Position numbers and translations under genes: made by a program. Below the pieces are notes generated by a model, which saw nothing but the letters and a program-made list of their open reading frames with translations, had not been told where the DNA came from and made no database searches. DNA of 64,000 nt, from the NCBI GenBank assembly GCA_963716255.1, contig OY970303.1, positions 1,280,001-1,344,000 on the forward strand, written 5' to 3'. Each line of letters starts with the position of its first letter. Positions within the stretch are counted from its first letter, which is position 1. This document shows positions 31,135-40,317 of this stretch, piece by piece. The DNA comes from an uncultured Gemmatimonadales bacterium. GTDB lineage: Bacteria; Gemmatimonadota; Gemmatimonadetes; Longimicrobiales; Longimicrobiaceae.

Positions 31135-31484
31135 CCCTTTCCTCCCTTTCGTTCCTCGTTGCGCTGCTGCATCAACGCGGCGAGTCGCGCGCTCGCCAGC
31201 TCAAGGTCGCGGAGAGGTGTTTTCTGAGTCTTCTTCTCGAAGGAATGGAGCACGTAGACGGCCTCCTCCAAGCGAGCCAGGTAGACGACGCGGTACTCGC
31301 TCCCCGTGTGGATGCGAATTTCGACCACTCCCGCACCCACGTCGGACATCGGCTTCCAGTCGGACGGCTGCAAGCCCTGTTGGACCAGGCTCAGCTCGAA
31401 CCCTGCACGGCGTCGCGCGGGTTCAGGAAAGTCGCGCAGGTCCCGGAGCGACGAGCCTAGCCAAACGAGCGGTTTCTCGTCCAC
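31131..31484 (-). CDS. RelE/ParE-superfamily toxin (HigB / phage Gp49-like)
   Basis: KPLVWLGSSLRDLRDFP, GVVEIRI, YRVVY, VYVLHSFEKKTQKT; GTG start at 31484. Confidence 0.9.
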   Translation of the reverse strand: MDEKPLVWLGSSLRDLRDFPEPARRRAGFELSLVQQGLQPSDWKPMSDVGAGVVEIRIHTGSEYRVVYLARLEEAVYVLHSFEKKTQKTPLRDLELASARLAALMQQRNEERKGGKG

Positions 31485-31487
31485 GAT

Positions 31488-31519
31488 AAAATATACTGGT
31501 TCTGATATAAAAACCAGAC
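31488..31519 (-). promoter_or_regulatory. Probable TA promoter/operator
   Basis: AT-rich patch with TATATT a few nt upstream of the toxin GTG, and an inverted repeat ctggtt...aaccag. Confidence 0.5.
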
Positions 31520-31546
31520 ATCGCACGTGGATGGCTGATCCCGATG

Positions 31547-31587
31547 AAAAGGCGCCCCCAGGTCGGTGGGGGCGCCGTTTTGCCGTT
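31547..31587. repeat. Family C hairpin
   Basis: aaaaggcgcccccaggtcggtgggggcgccgttttgccgtt. Confidence 0.75.
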
Positions 31588-31588
31588 G

Positions 31589-31746
31589 GCAGTTCCGCAG
31601 TACCCGTATGATCCTGTGCGGAGGGAGACTCGCCGGCTGTCTGGCGAGGCTCACTCCGGCGAGGGGAGACCCGCCGGCAGTTTGGCGGGGCTCCCGGAGC
31701 CCGCGGAGGAGACGGACGGCTGTATCGTCCGGCTCCGTAGCGGCCC
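31589..31746 (+). repeat. Family A repeat, copy A3
   Basis: Three hairpin modules; directly abuts the family C hairpin. Confidence 0.9.
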
Positions 31747-31769
31747 GCCACCACGCAAAGAACTATACC

Positions 31770-32930
31770 TTACACCGCCTGCGGCGACAGACGGTGCTCG
31801 TGGATCACCACGCCGCGCCCCGCGAGCGCGTCGATGTAGGCGGGCGCGGGCATCGCCTCGTCGGGGGTCCAGACGCCGGGCTCGATCTTCCCCTGGGCCT
31901 GGAAGGCGCCGGTGATGGCCAGCGAGAAGCCGGTGGTCCGCATCATGGCGGTGATCCCGGTGGCGGCGTCGAAGCGGTCCAGCAGGTCCCAGCGGAAGAG
32001 CGCGGGCCGGCCGTCCTTTTCGCCCTCGGCCTCCACGCGCAGCGCCACCATGTCCGGGCTGACGCGGTAGTCCTTGCGCAGCCGCGGCCCCACGATGGAG
32101 ATGAACACGTCGCGCGGCACCACGTGGGCGCCCTTGACGTCCACCGGCTCCAGGTCCAGCAGACCCAGGTCGCGGATGGCCTCCATGAGCTTTGCGTGGC
32201 CGGGGAAGCGGAGCGTCTTGTACTCCATGGTGGGGACCTTCCCCTCGTAGCTCTGCGCCATGGTGGAAAGGCCGCCGGCGGTGTGGAAGGCCTCCAGCGT
32301 GCCCACGCCGGGGAACTCCAGCTCCTCGATCTCGGAAAGCGCCTTGACCTGGGTGGGCTTTCCGTCCCGCAGAACCCAGGAGAGCGTGGTGTAGTAGTCG
32401 AGCGCGCCCTCCAGCGAGTAGACGAGCTGGTAGTTGAGCGGGGGCTCGGGCTTCTGCGGGAGCCCGCCCACCTTGATGCGCACGGCGTCCACCCGGTCCA
32501 GCCGGCTGATGCCGTGCTGCGCCAGGATGTTGACCATGCCGGGGGCCAGGCCGCAGTCGGGGACGACGCTGACGCCCTTTTCCCGCGCGCGGTCGGCGAG
32601 CGCCTTCTGCTGGACCACGATCTCGGTGTTGCCGCCCAGGTCGCAGAAGTGCGAGCCGGCGTCGATGGCGGCGACGGCCATCCCCAGGTTGAAGTAGTAG
32701 GGGAAGGCGCTCATGGTGGCGGTGACGCCTTCCATCACGCGGCGCACGGAGGCGCGGTCGTTGGCGTCCACCTGCTGGAGGGTGAGCCGCCCGCCGACGT
32801 ACGGCTGGAGGAACGGGGCCACGCTGTCGACGTTGATGTCGGCGATGACCACGTCGTAGTCGGTGTGCGCGAGCAGGTCGTACGCACACGCAGAGCCCTG
32901 AAGCCCCGCACCGAGCACGAGCATCCGCAT
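31770..32930 (-). CDS. Saccharopine dehydrogenase / lysine 6-dehydrogenase family oxidoreductase
   Basis: LVLGAGLQG Rossmann motif, FCDLGGN, PDCGLAPG, YKTLRFPGH, TAMMRTTG. Confidence 0.88.
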   Translation of the reverse strand: MRMLVLGAGLQGSACAYDLLAHTDYDVVIADINVDSVAPFLQPYVGGRLTLQQVDANDRASVRRVMEGVTATMSAFPYYFNLGMAVAAIDAGSHFCDLGGNTEIVVQQKALADRAREKGVSVVPDCGLAPGMVNILAQHGISRLDRVDAVRIKVGGLPQKPEPPLNYQLVYSLEGALDYYTTLSWVLRDGKPTQVKALSEIEELEFPGVGTLEAFHTAGGLSTMAQSYEGKVPTMEYKTLRFPGHAKLMEAIRDLGLLDLEPVDVKGAHVVPRDVFISIVGPRLRKDYRVSPDMVALRVEAEGEKDGRPALFRWDLLDRFDAATGITAMMRTTGFSLAITGAFQAQGKIEPGVWTPDEAMPAPAYIDALAGRGVVIHEHRLSPQAV

Positions 32931-33171
32931 ACCAGTCGCTCCTTCTCTGAAATGAGACCCGGCGCCCTGGAAGGCGCCGGGAAGTTTTTGTGGACTCGTC
33001 GAGGCGGCCGCGTGGGCCGCGCCGGCGGGAAGATACGGCCCGGGGCGGCGGAGCGCAAAGCGGGGTGCGGAGGATGGCCCGGTGTACGTATAATGCGGGA
33101 TCGGATCGTGTTTCTCCGTCCATCGCTGTTTCCTTCGTCTGTTCAGTCCATCCTCCGTCGGAACCCGGGCC

Positions 33172-35835
33172 GTGAAGAACTTCTTCATCAGCTACAACAG
33201 GGCGGACAGGGCCTGGGCGGAGTGGATCGCCTGGCAACTGGAGCATGCCGGATACAGTGTCGTCATACAGGCGTGGGACTTCGTTCCGGGGAGCAACTTC
33301 GCGTTGGAGATGGACAGGGCGGTAGCGGAGACGGAGCGCACCGTTGCCGTTCTCTCGCCGGACTTCCTGGATTCGATCTACACTGCGCCGGAGTGGGGGG
33401 CGGCGTTCGCCAACGACCCGACGGGTGCGGCCCGCAAGCTCGTGCCCGTCCGCGTATGCGAGTGCGAGCCCGCGGGAATGCTCGCCCAGATCGTTCGCAT
33501 CGACCTCGTCGGAATGGAAGACGGGGAAGCCGCCCGCGCCAAGCTGCTCCGGGAGATCGCGTCCGGCCGCCAGAAACCGGCGGAAGAACCTGGTTTTCCG
33601 GGGTTGCCGTCACCCGCCTTCCCCGGCTCGTCCCGCCCGCCGACGAAGCGGCGCCGCGCTGCCCTGCCGCGCGACCCCGACTACCTGTTCGTAAACGTCC
33701 CGCCCATGCCGACGCACTTCGTCGGGCGGGATGAACTGCTCACGGAGATGGTCGAGCGGCTGACGAGCGGGACGGACTCGGCGCTTTCCGCGAGTGGGCA
33801 GGGTGGCGTCGGCAAGACGACGATGGCCGTGGCGATCGCCCACGACCCGGCGGTACACGGTTACTTTGCGGACGGGGTGCTCTGGGCTGGACTTGGCCTG
33901 AGCCCGGACGTGATGAGCGCGCTCGCCGCCTGGGGAGATGCGCTCGGGGTGGACGCTACCCGATACCCGGAGGCTGCACAGAGAGGACAGGCGATCCGCA
34001 ACAAGATCGGGCTCCGCCGCTTCCTGCTGGTGATCGACGATGCCTGGCAGCAGGATGCGGCGATGCTCCTCAAATGCGGCGGGCCGAACTGCTGCCACCT
34101 GCTCACTACCAGGGACGACGGGATTGCTCAGGTCTTCGCTGGTGAGTCAGGAAAGGCCAAAGTACCCGTCCTCAAAGAAGAACCCGCCTTCGAACTGCTC
34201 CGCCAGTTCGCACCGCGAGCATGCAGTGCGAATCCCGATGCAGCGCGCCGACTCGCCAGGACCGTAGACGGGCTGCCGCTCGCACTGGAACTGCTGGGCG
34301 CGTACCTAGCTCCGACCAGTCGCAGCCAGTTCCCGGAACTGAGCGACAGCGCCTTCGCAGAACTGGCGGACGCGGGCCGGCGGCTGGAGCTTGCCACCAA
34401 GCGATTGGGAGACTTGCGGGGCGAGGAAGTCACTCTCCGCGCTACGATTCGGTTGAGCCTTGAAGTGCTCCCACTCGAGGCAGTCAGCGCCTTCAACAGC
34501 CTGGGTGCGTTCGCGCCCAAACCGGAGACCTTCGATCTCGAGGCTACCCGGTTCGTCACGGGGAGCGACGCACGTACAATCGCCGTTCTCGTCGAAAAGA
34601 ACCTCGTTGAAGAGGACGGCCAATCGCTGGCCTTTCACCAGACTGTCCGGGAGGTGGCATTCAGCGACATGCCCGTGGGCGCACGGGAGCGACACGCCGG
34701 ACATTATATCAGCCGAGTTGTGGCAGCGGGCGACGCCTGGCGAGACATCGAGAAGCTTTACGGACAGATCAAGTGGGCTTTCGATTCAGTGACCGCGGAC
34801 GAGTTGCCCTCATTCATTGAAGCATTAGCACAGTATCAGAGACTTCGCGGCTTGTGGGCCGACTCGATCCAATGGAAAGAACGTGGGCTGGAAGCAGCGG
34901 AGAATCGACAAGACAATAGAAGTGCCGCCGTTCTGCTCAACAATATCGGTCTAGTCTACAATAGCCTGGGCCAGCGGGAGAAGGCGCTCCAGTACCATGA
35001 GCACGCCCTCCGCATCATGCAGGAGGTCGGCGACCGATCCGGTGAAGCGGCTACGCTCAACAACATCGGTTTGGCGTACAACAAGCTGGGCCAGCGGGAG
35101 AAGGCGCTCCACTACTACGAGCGCGCTCTCCCCATCCAGCAGGAGGTCAGCGACCGATCTGGTGAGGCGAGCACGCTCAGCAACATCGGTGTGGTCTACA
35201 ACAAGCTGGGCCAGCAGGAGAAGGCGCTCCAGTACTACGAACGCGCCCTCCCCATCCAGCAGGAGGTCGGCGACCGATCCGGTGAGGCGGTCACGCTCAG
35301 CAACATCGGTGTGGTCTACAACACGCTGGGCCAGCAGGAGAAGGCGCTCCAGTACTTTGAGCGCGCACGCCCAATCCGGCAGGAGGTCGGCGACCGATCC
35401 GGTGAGGCGGTCACGCTCAACAACATCGGTGCGATCTACGACATCCTGGGCCAGCAGGAGAAGGCGCTCCAGTACTACGAGCGCGCCTTCCCCATCATGC
35501 AGGAGGTTGGCGACCGATCCGGTGAGGCGGTTATGCTCAACAACATCGGTGGGGTCTACGACACCCTGGGCCAGCGGGAGAATGCGCTCCAGTACTACGA
35601 GCGCACCCTCCCCATCCAGCAGGAGGTCGGCGACCGATCCGGTGAGGCAGTCACACGCTTCAACATTGCGATGATCCTCCGCCGGCAAGGCGAACTGGAA
35701 CGCTCGGTTGCGGAACTACGGCGTGTGGTTGCCCTGGATGAGATCGTTCAGCACCCCGACCTCGAAAAGGACCGGAAAGTCCTGGCCGAAGTCGAGGCCG
35801 AATGGAGAACGCAACAGGAACAGGACCGGCCCTGA
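33172..35835 (+). CDS. TIR - NB-ARC (STAND NTPase) - TPR protein, NLR-like
   Basis: FFISYNRADRAWAEWIAWQLE TIR with YTAPEW; Walker A GQGGVGKTT; Walker B FLLVIDDAW; GLPLAL; C-terminal 40-aa TPR repeats; lower GC than flanks. Confidence 0.92.
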   Translation: MKNFFISYNRADRAWAEWIAWQLEHAGYSVVIQAWDFVPGSNFALEMDRAVAETERTVAVLSPDFLDSIYTAPEWGAAFANDPTGAARKLVPVRVCECEPAGMLAQIVRIDLVGMEDGEAARAKLLREIASGRQKPAEEPGFPGLPSPAFPGSSRPPTKRRRAALPRDPDYLFVNVPPMPTHFVGRDELLTEMVERLTSGTDSALSASGQGGVGKTTMAVAIAHDPAVHGYFADGVLWAGLGLSPDVMSALAAWGDALGVDATRYPEAAQRGQAIRNKIGLRRFLLVIDDAWQQDAAMLLKCGGPNCCHLLTTRDDGIAQVFAGESGKAKVPVLKEEPAFELLRQFAPRACSANPDAARRLARTVDGLPLALELLGAYLAPTSRSQFPELSDSAFAELADAGRRLELATKRLGDLRGEEVTLRATIRLSLEVLPLEAVSAFNSLGAFAPKPETFDLEATRFVTGSDARTIAVLVEKNLVEEDGQSLAFHQTVREVAFSDMPVGARERHAGHYISRVVAAGDAWRDIEKLYGQIKWAFDSVTADELPSFIEALAQYQRLRGLWADSIQWKERGLEAAENRQDNRSAAVLLNNIGLVYNSLGQREKALQYHEHALRIMQEVGDRSGEAATLNNIGLAYNKLGQREKALHYYERALPIQQEVSDRSGEASTLSNIGVVYNKLGQQEKALQYYERALPIQQEVGDRSGEAVTLSNIGVVYNTLGQQEKALQYFERARPIRQEVGDRSGEAVTLNNIGAIYDILGQQEKALQYYERAFPIMQEVGDRSGEAVMLNNIGGVYDTLGQRENALQYYERTLPIQQEVGDRSGEAVTRFNIAMILRRQGELERSVAELRRVVALDEIVQHPDLEKDRKVLAEVEAEWRTQQEQDRP
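34936..35655 (+). repeat. Six tandem 120-bp repeats encoding 40-aa TPR units
   Basis: ctcaa/agcaacatcggt...ctgggccagc.ggagaaggcgctcc...gcgaccgatc.ggtga recurring every 120 nt. Confidence 0.95.
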
Positions 35836-35875
35836 CCGATCCAGGTGAAGGCGACCGACTCCACGATACATAAAA

Positions 35876-36775
35876 TCAGGCCGCCTGGCCGCACCCCGCG
35901 CCCTCGCTCCGGAACGCGTCGTACAGGCTTCCCTCGTTCACCGCGTCCAGGTCCTCGAAGAACGGCGACTCCAGGAGCTGGTCGCGGAAGTAGCGCAGGA
36001 ACACCTCCCGCCCCGTGGCGTCCCCCTTCCACGCGCATTCCACGAACGGCCCCACCTGCGCGGCGTTCCCCCCATAGACCATCTCCACCATCGTGCCCCA
36101 CAGCGACGCCGGCGGAAACCGGCGCGCCTCTACCCAGTCGCCGCGCACCCGCGCGACCTGCCTGCGCACGGAATCCGCGGACAGCGCCGGCCTGCGCGCG
36201 AAGCGCTCCGCCATGCGGAAGCCGTCCTCCCCGGGAGCAAGCACCACCTCGGGCGCGGGGGAGCCCATGAACGACGTGTTCCAGTACGCGAAGGTCCAGT
36301 CCCGCGTGCGCAGCTCCAGCGCGCCGTCGCCATCCACGTCCTCGAACCTGGCGTTGTCGGAGTGCTCCAGCGGGATGGTGTCGAGGACGGCGAACTGCTC
36401 GCCCAGGGTGAACACGTAGTAGGTGAAACAGCAGTGCGCGCCCCCCGACCAGTCCGCGAGCACCAGCTCGGGGACGCCGTCGCCGGTGAGGTCGCGCACG
36501 GCGGGCGGCAGCGCCGCCCGCTCGCTCTCGTCCGTCCCGGGCGCCTCCCCCAGGCTGAAGCGGAACCCGGCCCCCTGCCACACCGACTCGCGCCCCTGGC
36601 GGATCACCGCGGTCTGGGCCTCGCCCGAGTCGCCCCACTGGATCTCCACCGTGTACGCGCCGTGCCGGAGCACCGGGGCCGTGGCCCCGGGCGAGGGCTG
36701 CACCGCGGCGCCACGGGCACAGCCGGCGAGGGCGAGGAATACGAACGGGAGGACGAGACGCAGCGACGGATGCAT
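35876..36775 (-). CDS. Hypothetical lipoprotein
   Basis: Lipobox LALAGC; DLTGDGVPEL and DVDGDGALEL (FG-GAP/VCBS-like); WSGGAHCC. Confidence 0.7.
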   Translation of the reverse strand: MHPSLRLVLPFVFLALAGCARGAAVQPSPGATAPVLRHGAYTVEIQWGDSGEAQTAVIRQGRESVWQGAGFRFSLGEAPGTDESERAALPPAVRDLTGDGVPELVLADWSGGAHCCFTYYVFTLGEQFAVLDTIPLEHSDNARFEDVDGDGALELRTRDWTFAYWNTSFMGSPAPEVVLAPGEDGFRMAERFARRPALSADSVRRQVARVRGDWVEARRFPPASLWGTMVEMVYGGNAAQVGPFVECAWKGDATGREVFLRYFRDQLLESPFFEDLDAVNEGSLYDAFRSEGAGCGQAA

Positions 36776-36864
36776 GTGGATCCTGGACGGAAAGGGGTGA
36801 TGGATGGAGGTGCGATGAGCCGGCCGGGATACACGGCCGGGATGCTGCGGCGACCCAGCGAGCT

Positions 36865-36998
36865 GCGTGAGGGATTTCGGCCCGGAGGGGCGAGACCCGC
36901 CGGCAGTTTGGCGGGGCTCGACTCCGTTGCAGACGGTCGTTTCGTCTGCTACGGAGCCGAAGCCCGACCCCGGCGAAGCCGGGGGCACGCCCGAACCC
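36865..36998 (+). repeat. Family B repeat, copy B4
   Basis: GCGTGAGGGATTTC...GGGGCACGCCCGAACCC on the plus strand. Confidence 0.9.
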
Positions 36999-37028
36999 GC
37001 CGGTCCTGTCCGTCCGTGACCCTGCCCT

Positions 37029-37709
37029 TCAGCGGGAGAAGGCCCCCGGGATCGCACCGTCCAGCAGGCGCGCCACGTCGCCCGGCTCGTCCAGGAGCCA
37101 GTCCGGCCGCTCGGCCTCCAGGGCGGCGCGCGGGAACGGCCCCCACAGCGCGCCGGCCGTGAGCGTCCCCGCGGCCCGCCCCGCCGCCAGGTCGTGCGGC
37201 GAGTCGCCCACGAACACCGCCTCCTCCGCGCGCACGCCCAGCCGCTCCAGCGCGAACAGCACTGGCTCGGGGTGCGGCTTGGGGCTGGCGACGTCCTCCG
37301 GGGTGACGATCACGGGAAAGTGGTCGACGATGCCGCACAGGTCCATCCCCCGCAGCGCCGCCTCGCGGTGCTTGCTGGTGACGATGGCGAGCCCCACCCC
37401 GCGCCGCTGCAGCACTTCCAGCGTCGCGAGGGTGCCCGGGAAGGGGGAGACCATACCGTCGTGGTGCTCGCGCTGGAAGACGCGATAGGTGTCCAGCATG
37501 GCCTCCGCCTCGGCCGTGGAGCGGGCGAAGCGGGCGATCTGCGTTTCCAGCGTCATCCCGAAGCCGCTCAGCCACTCCTCGTCCGGCGGCGCCTGCCCCA
37601 GGTGGGTGTCCATGGTGTGCCGGTACGAGCGCATGATCAGCTCGGTGCTGTCGGCGAGCGTACCGTCGAAGTCGTAGAGTACGGCCCTGATCGTCATCCG
37701 CGAATCCAT
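37029..37709 (-). CDS. HAD-superfamily hydrolase (PpaX/Gph-like)
   Basis: DFDGTLADS, VTSK, KPHPEP, VGDSPHD. Confidence 0.9.
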   Translation of the reverse strand: MDSRMTIRAVLYDFDGTLADSTELIMRSYRHTMDTHLGQAPPDEEWLSGFGMTLETQIARFARSTAEAEAMLDTYRVFQREHHDGMVSPFPGTLATLEVLQRRGVGLAIVTSKHREAALRGMDLCGIVDHFPVIVTPEDVASPKPHPEPVLFALERLGVRAEEAVFVGDSPHDLAAGRAAGTLTAGALWGPFPRAALEAERPDWLLDEPGDVARLLDGAIPGAFSR

Positions 37710-37740
37710 CTGAAAAAGCCGGCTCCGTGCCGGCGGTGAT

Positions 37741-38691
37741 TCATTCGATTCCCAGCAGCCCCAGCAGCGCGGGGGTGACGTGGGTGAGGTCGCGCACCCG
37801 CTCGGCGAGGAGCTCCCTCCCCCGCCCCACCGCGATCACCGGGACCGGGTTCAGAGTGTGGCCGCCGCCCACGTCCTCCACGTTGCCGTGGTCGCTGGCG
37901 ATCACCAGAAGCGCGTCGCCGGGGAGGGCGTCCACCACGCCGCCCAGGAAGGCGTCCACCCGCTCCAGGGCGGCCACGGCCCCCGCGACGTCTTCGCGGT
38001 GGCCGGCGGCGTCGGTGTCGTAGTGGGCGTAGAGAGTCACCGCGTGCTCCGCGGCGATGCCGGCCAGGTTGCGCCCGGCCTGCGCGGCGGAAATGTCGGG
38101 GACGTCGGCGCGCAGGTCGGCGCGCCAGCGCTCGTTGGTGATGGACGACGCCACCGCGCGCCCCTGGCGCAGCTCGTCGCGGTCGCGCGTGAGCAGCCCC
38201 ACCGCGTGCGCCGCGAGCGGCGGCGCCGCCGGCCGCCGCCCCACGAACACCTCGATGCCGAAGCGCGCGATGGGGTGCGCGTTGGCGAACGCGGTGCTCC
38301 GCCCCGCGCGCAGCGCGCGGGCAAGCAGGCTTTCCGCCGCGAGCGCCGGGCGCAGCGTGGTGGGCACCCACGACCCGAAATGCCGCCCGAACTCGCGCGG
38401 CGCGTTGATGCCGGTGAGCAGCGCCGTCTGCCCGGTGCCGCTCTGCGGCCGCCCCGCCACCCCCAGCGTTGCGTCCGCGGCCACGAGCACCGCGCCCGCG
38501 GCGTCGATGCGCCCCGCGCCGTCCAGCTGCCCGCGCACCGGCAGCCGCCCCCCGAGAATCTCCCGCAGCCGCGGCAGCCGCGCCGCCACGAACGGGTTCG
38601 TCGCCGCGTCGTCCGCACCGATGCCGACGCCGTCCAGGAAGACGAGCAGGACGCGCCCGGGGGCGGTGCGGGAGTCGGGAGCGGAAGCCAT
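37741..38691 (-). CDS. Alkaline-phosphatase-superfamily metalloenzyme (phosphoglycerate mutase / phosphopentomutase-like)
   Basis: FLDGVG, PQSGTGQ, DAAGH, SDHGN, HTLNPVP. Confidence 0.82.
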   Translation of the reverse strand: MASAPDSRTAPGRVLLVFLDGVGIGADDAATNPFVAARLPRLREILGGRLPVRGQLDGAGRIDAAGAVLVAADATLGVAGRPQSGTGQTALLTGINAPREFGRHFGSWVPTTLRPALAAESLLARALRAGRSTAFANAHPIARFGIEVFVGRRPAAPPLAAHAVGLLTRDRDELRQGRAVASSITNERWRADLRADVPDISAAQAGRNLAGIAAEHAVTLYAHYDTDAAGHREDVAGAVAALERVDAFLGGVVDALPGDALLVIASDHGNVEDVGGGHTLNPVPVIAVGRGRELLAERVRDLTHVTPALLGLLGIE

Positions 38692-38708
38692 GGGTGGGAC
38701 AATGTACT

Positions 38709-38749
38709 AGGGAACAGGGAATAGGGAACAGGGAACAGCCTGCAACGGC
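38709..38749 (+). repeat. Heptamer (AGGGAAC) repeat, second copy
   Basis: agggaacagggaatagggaacagggaacagcctgcaacggc, near-identical to 27622-27662. Confidence 0.8.
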
Positions 38750-38772
38750 GGGACGACGCACGATGTACGTGA

Positions 38773-38808
38773 CGGCGCCCCCACCGGGAGATCCCGGTGG
38801 GGGCGCCG
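38773..38808. repeat. Family C hairpin
   Basis: cggcgcccccaccggga-ga-tcccggtgggggcgccg, perfect 17-bp stem. Confidence 0.8.
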
Positions 38809-38810
38809 CT

Positions 38811-38928
38811 GCAGTTCACGCAGTATCCCCCAAAGTCTGTTCGAGGGGAGACAGCCGGGCAGTTCGGCTGGCTCCCGGAGCCCGCGCAGGAGACGGACGG
38901 CAGTATCGTCCGGCTCCGGAGCGGCCCC
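38811..38928 (+). repeat. Family A repeat, copy A4 (two-hairpin variant)
   Basis: Same ends as the other A copies with one module fewer. Confidence 0.88.
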
Positions 38929-39016
38929 CCGCACCAGACCCCGCCAGAGCAAAACGAGGCCGCCGCCCGTGAAGGCGACGACCCCGCATCCAGCCCGACT
39001 CGAAAGAAAACCCGCT

Positions 39017-40198
39017 TTACGCCGGCACCCGCAGCGACATCCCCGGCTTGATCTTGGTGCTCCGCAGCCCGTTCAGGCGCTTGAGCGTGTTGACGCTGGT
39101 GTCGTTGCGCCGCGCGATGGTCCACAGCGACTCGCCGCGCCGCACCTTGTGCGTCCGCGAGGTGGGGCGCGTGGCCCGCGCCGCCTTGGCGACCCGGGGG
39201 GTGCGCGCCGCCTCCACCCGGGCCTCGGCGGCGACCTTCGCGCTCGCCGCGGCGAAGTTGGCCGCGAAGCGGGTCTGCCGGCCCTCGGGGATGCGCACCG
39301 AGTAGGGCTTCTTCCCCGGGGGGGTCACGCCCCGGACCAGCTGCGGGTTGAGCGTGCGCAGCTCCTTCTCGCTGACGCCAACCGCCTCGGCCACCACCTC
39401 CAGGTCGGTCCCGGCGGGGACCTCCACCGCGTCGGTGCGCACGGGGAGGTAGCGCTCCACGTCGCCCAGCCCGTACTTGTGCGGCTCCTTGCCGATCAGC
39501 GCGGCGGCCAGCATGAGCGGCACGTACTCGCGGGTCTCGGCGGGAAGGCGGCGGCGGATGCGCCAGAAGTCGGCCTCCTCGCCCTTCTCGGAGCCGGTCA
39601 TCTCCTTCATGACCCGCGCGACCCGGTTCTCGCCGGTGTTGTACGCCGCGGCCGCCAGGTACCAGGAACCGAACTGATCGTACAGGTCCTGGAGGTAGCG
39701 CAGCGCGGCGTCGGTGGACTTTTCCGGGTCCTTGCGCTCGTCCACGTAGCCGTCGATGCGCAGGCCGTACCGCTCTCCCGTCCCCTCGATGAACTGCCAG
39801 AGCCCCACCGCCTGGGCGTGCGACTTGGCCGTGGGGTTGAAGCCGGACTCGATCATGGAAAGGTACATCAGGTCCTCGGGCATGCCCCGCTCGCGGAGCT
39901 TGCCGCGGATCATCCCCTCGTAGCGGCCCGAGCGCTTCAGGTACAGCGCCATGCGGTCGGACTGCTTGTTCTGGAAGATGTCGATGAAGCGCTCGACCGG
40001 TGCGTTGCGCACCACGGGGATGTCCCAGCTCGCCGACTCCACGGTGGAGGCGGTGGCCTCGGCCACCAGCGAGGTGCCGAGGACGGAGACCTGCGCGGCG
40101 GGCGCGACCCCGGTGCGGGGATCGCTCACTCCGACGACGGCGGCGCCGATCACGCTGCCAAAGAGGACCGCGACGGGGAGGGCCGACCTGAATTCCAT
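39017..40198 (-). CDS. Lytic murein transglycosylase with LysM domain (MltD-like)
   Basis: MIESGF catalytic Glu, AVGLWQF, AAYNTGE, ETREYV, C-terminal LysM HKVRRGESLWTIA. Confidence 0.9.
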   Translation of the reverse strand: MEFRSALPVAVLFGSVIGAAVVGVSDPRTGVAPAAQVSVLGTSLVAEATASTVESASWDIPVVRNAPVERFIDIFQNKQSDRMALYLKRSGRYEGMIRGKLRERGMPEDLMYLSMIESGFNPTAKSHAQAVGLWQFIEGTGERYGLRIDGYVDERKDPEKSTDAALRYLQDLYDQFGSWYLAAAAYNTGENRVARVMKEMTGSEKGEEADFWRIRRRLPAETREYVPLMLAAALIGKEPHKYGLGDVERYLPVRTDAVEVPAGTDLEVVAEAVGVSEKELRTLNPQLVRGVTPPGKKPYSVRIPEGRQTRFAANFAAASAKVAAEARVEAARTPRVAKAARATRPTSRTHKVRRGESLWTIARRNDTSVNTLKRLNGLRSTKIKPGMSLRVPA

Positions 40199-40288
40199 TC
40201 GTGCCTCCAGGGGTGGATCAGAACGACGATCGCGCCGAGGGGGGTTCCAGCGCTCTGGACAACCGGCAGATGTCTTCGAGACGCCTCG

Positions 40289-40317
40289 AATATACGCCTT
40301 GCCGCCAGGGAAATCAA
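40289..40317 (-). promoter_or_regulatory. Sigma70-type promoter of the MltD-like gene
   Basis: Minus strand TTGATT-17 nt-TATATT. Confidence 0.6.

Noticed and set aside
34936..35655. 120-bp tandem repeats as a CRISPR array or DGR template/variable pair
   Set aside because: No unique spacers, in-frame TPR coding, no cas or reverse transcriptase gene in the window, and differences are not confined to adenines.
30844..35835. Prophage or single genomic island covering the TA pair and the TIR gene
   Set aside because: Separated by a host-like metabolic gene; no integrase, att duplication or phage genes.
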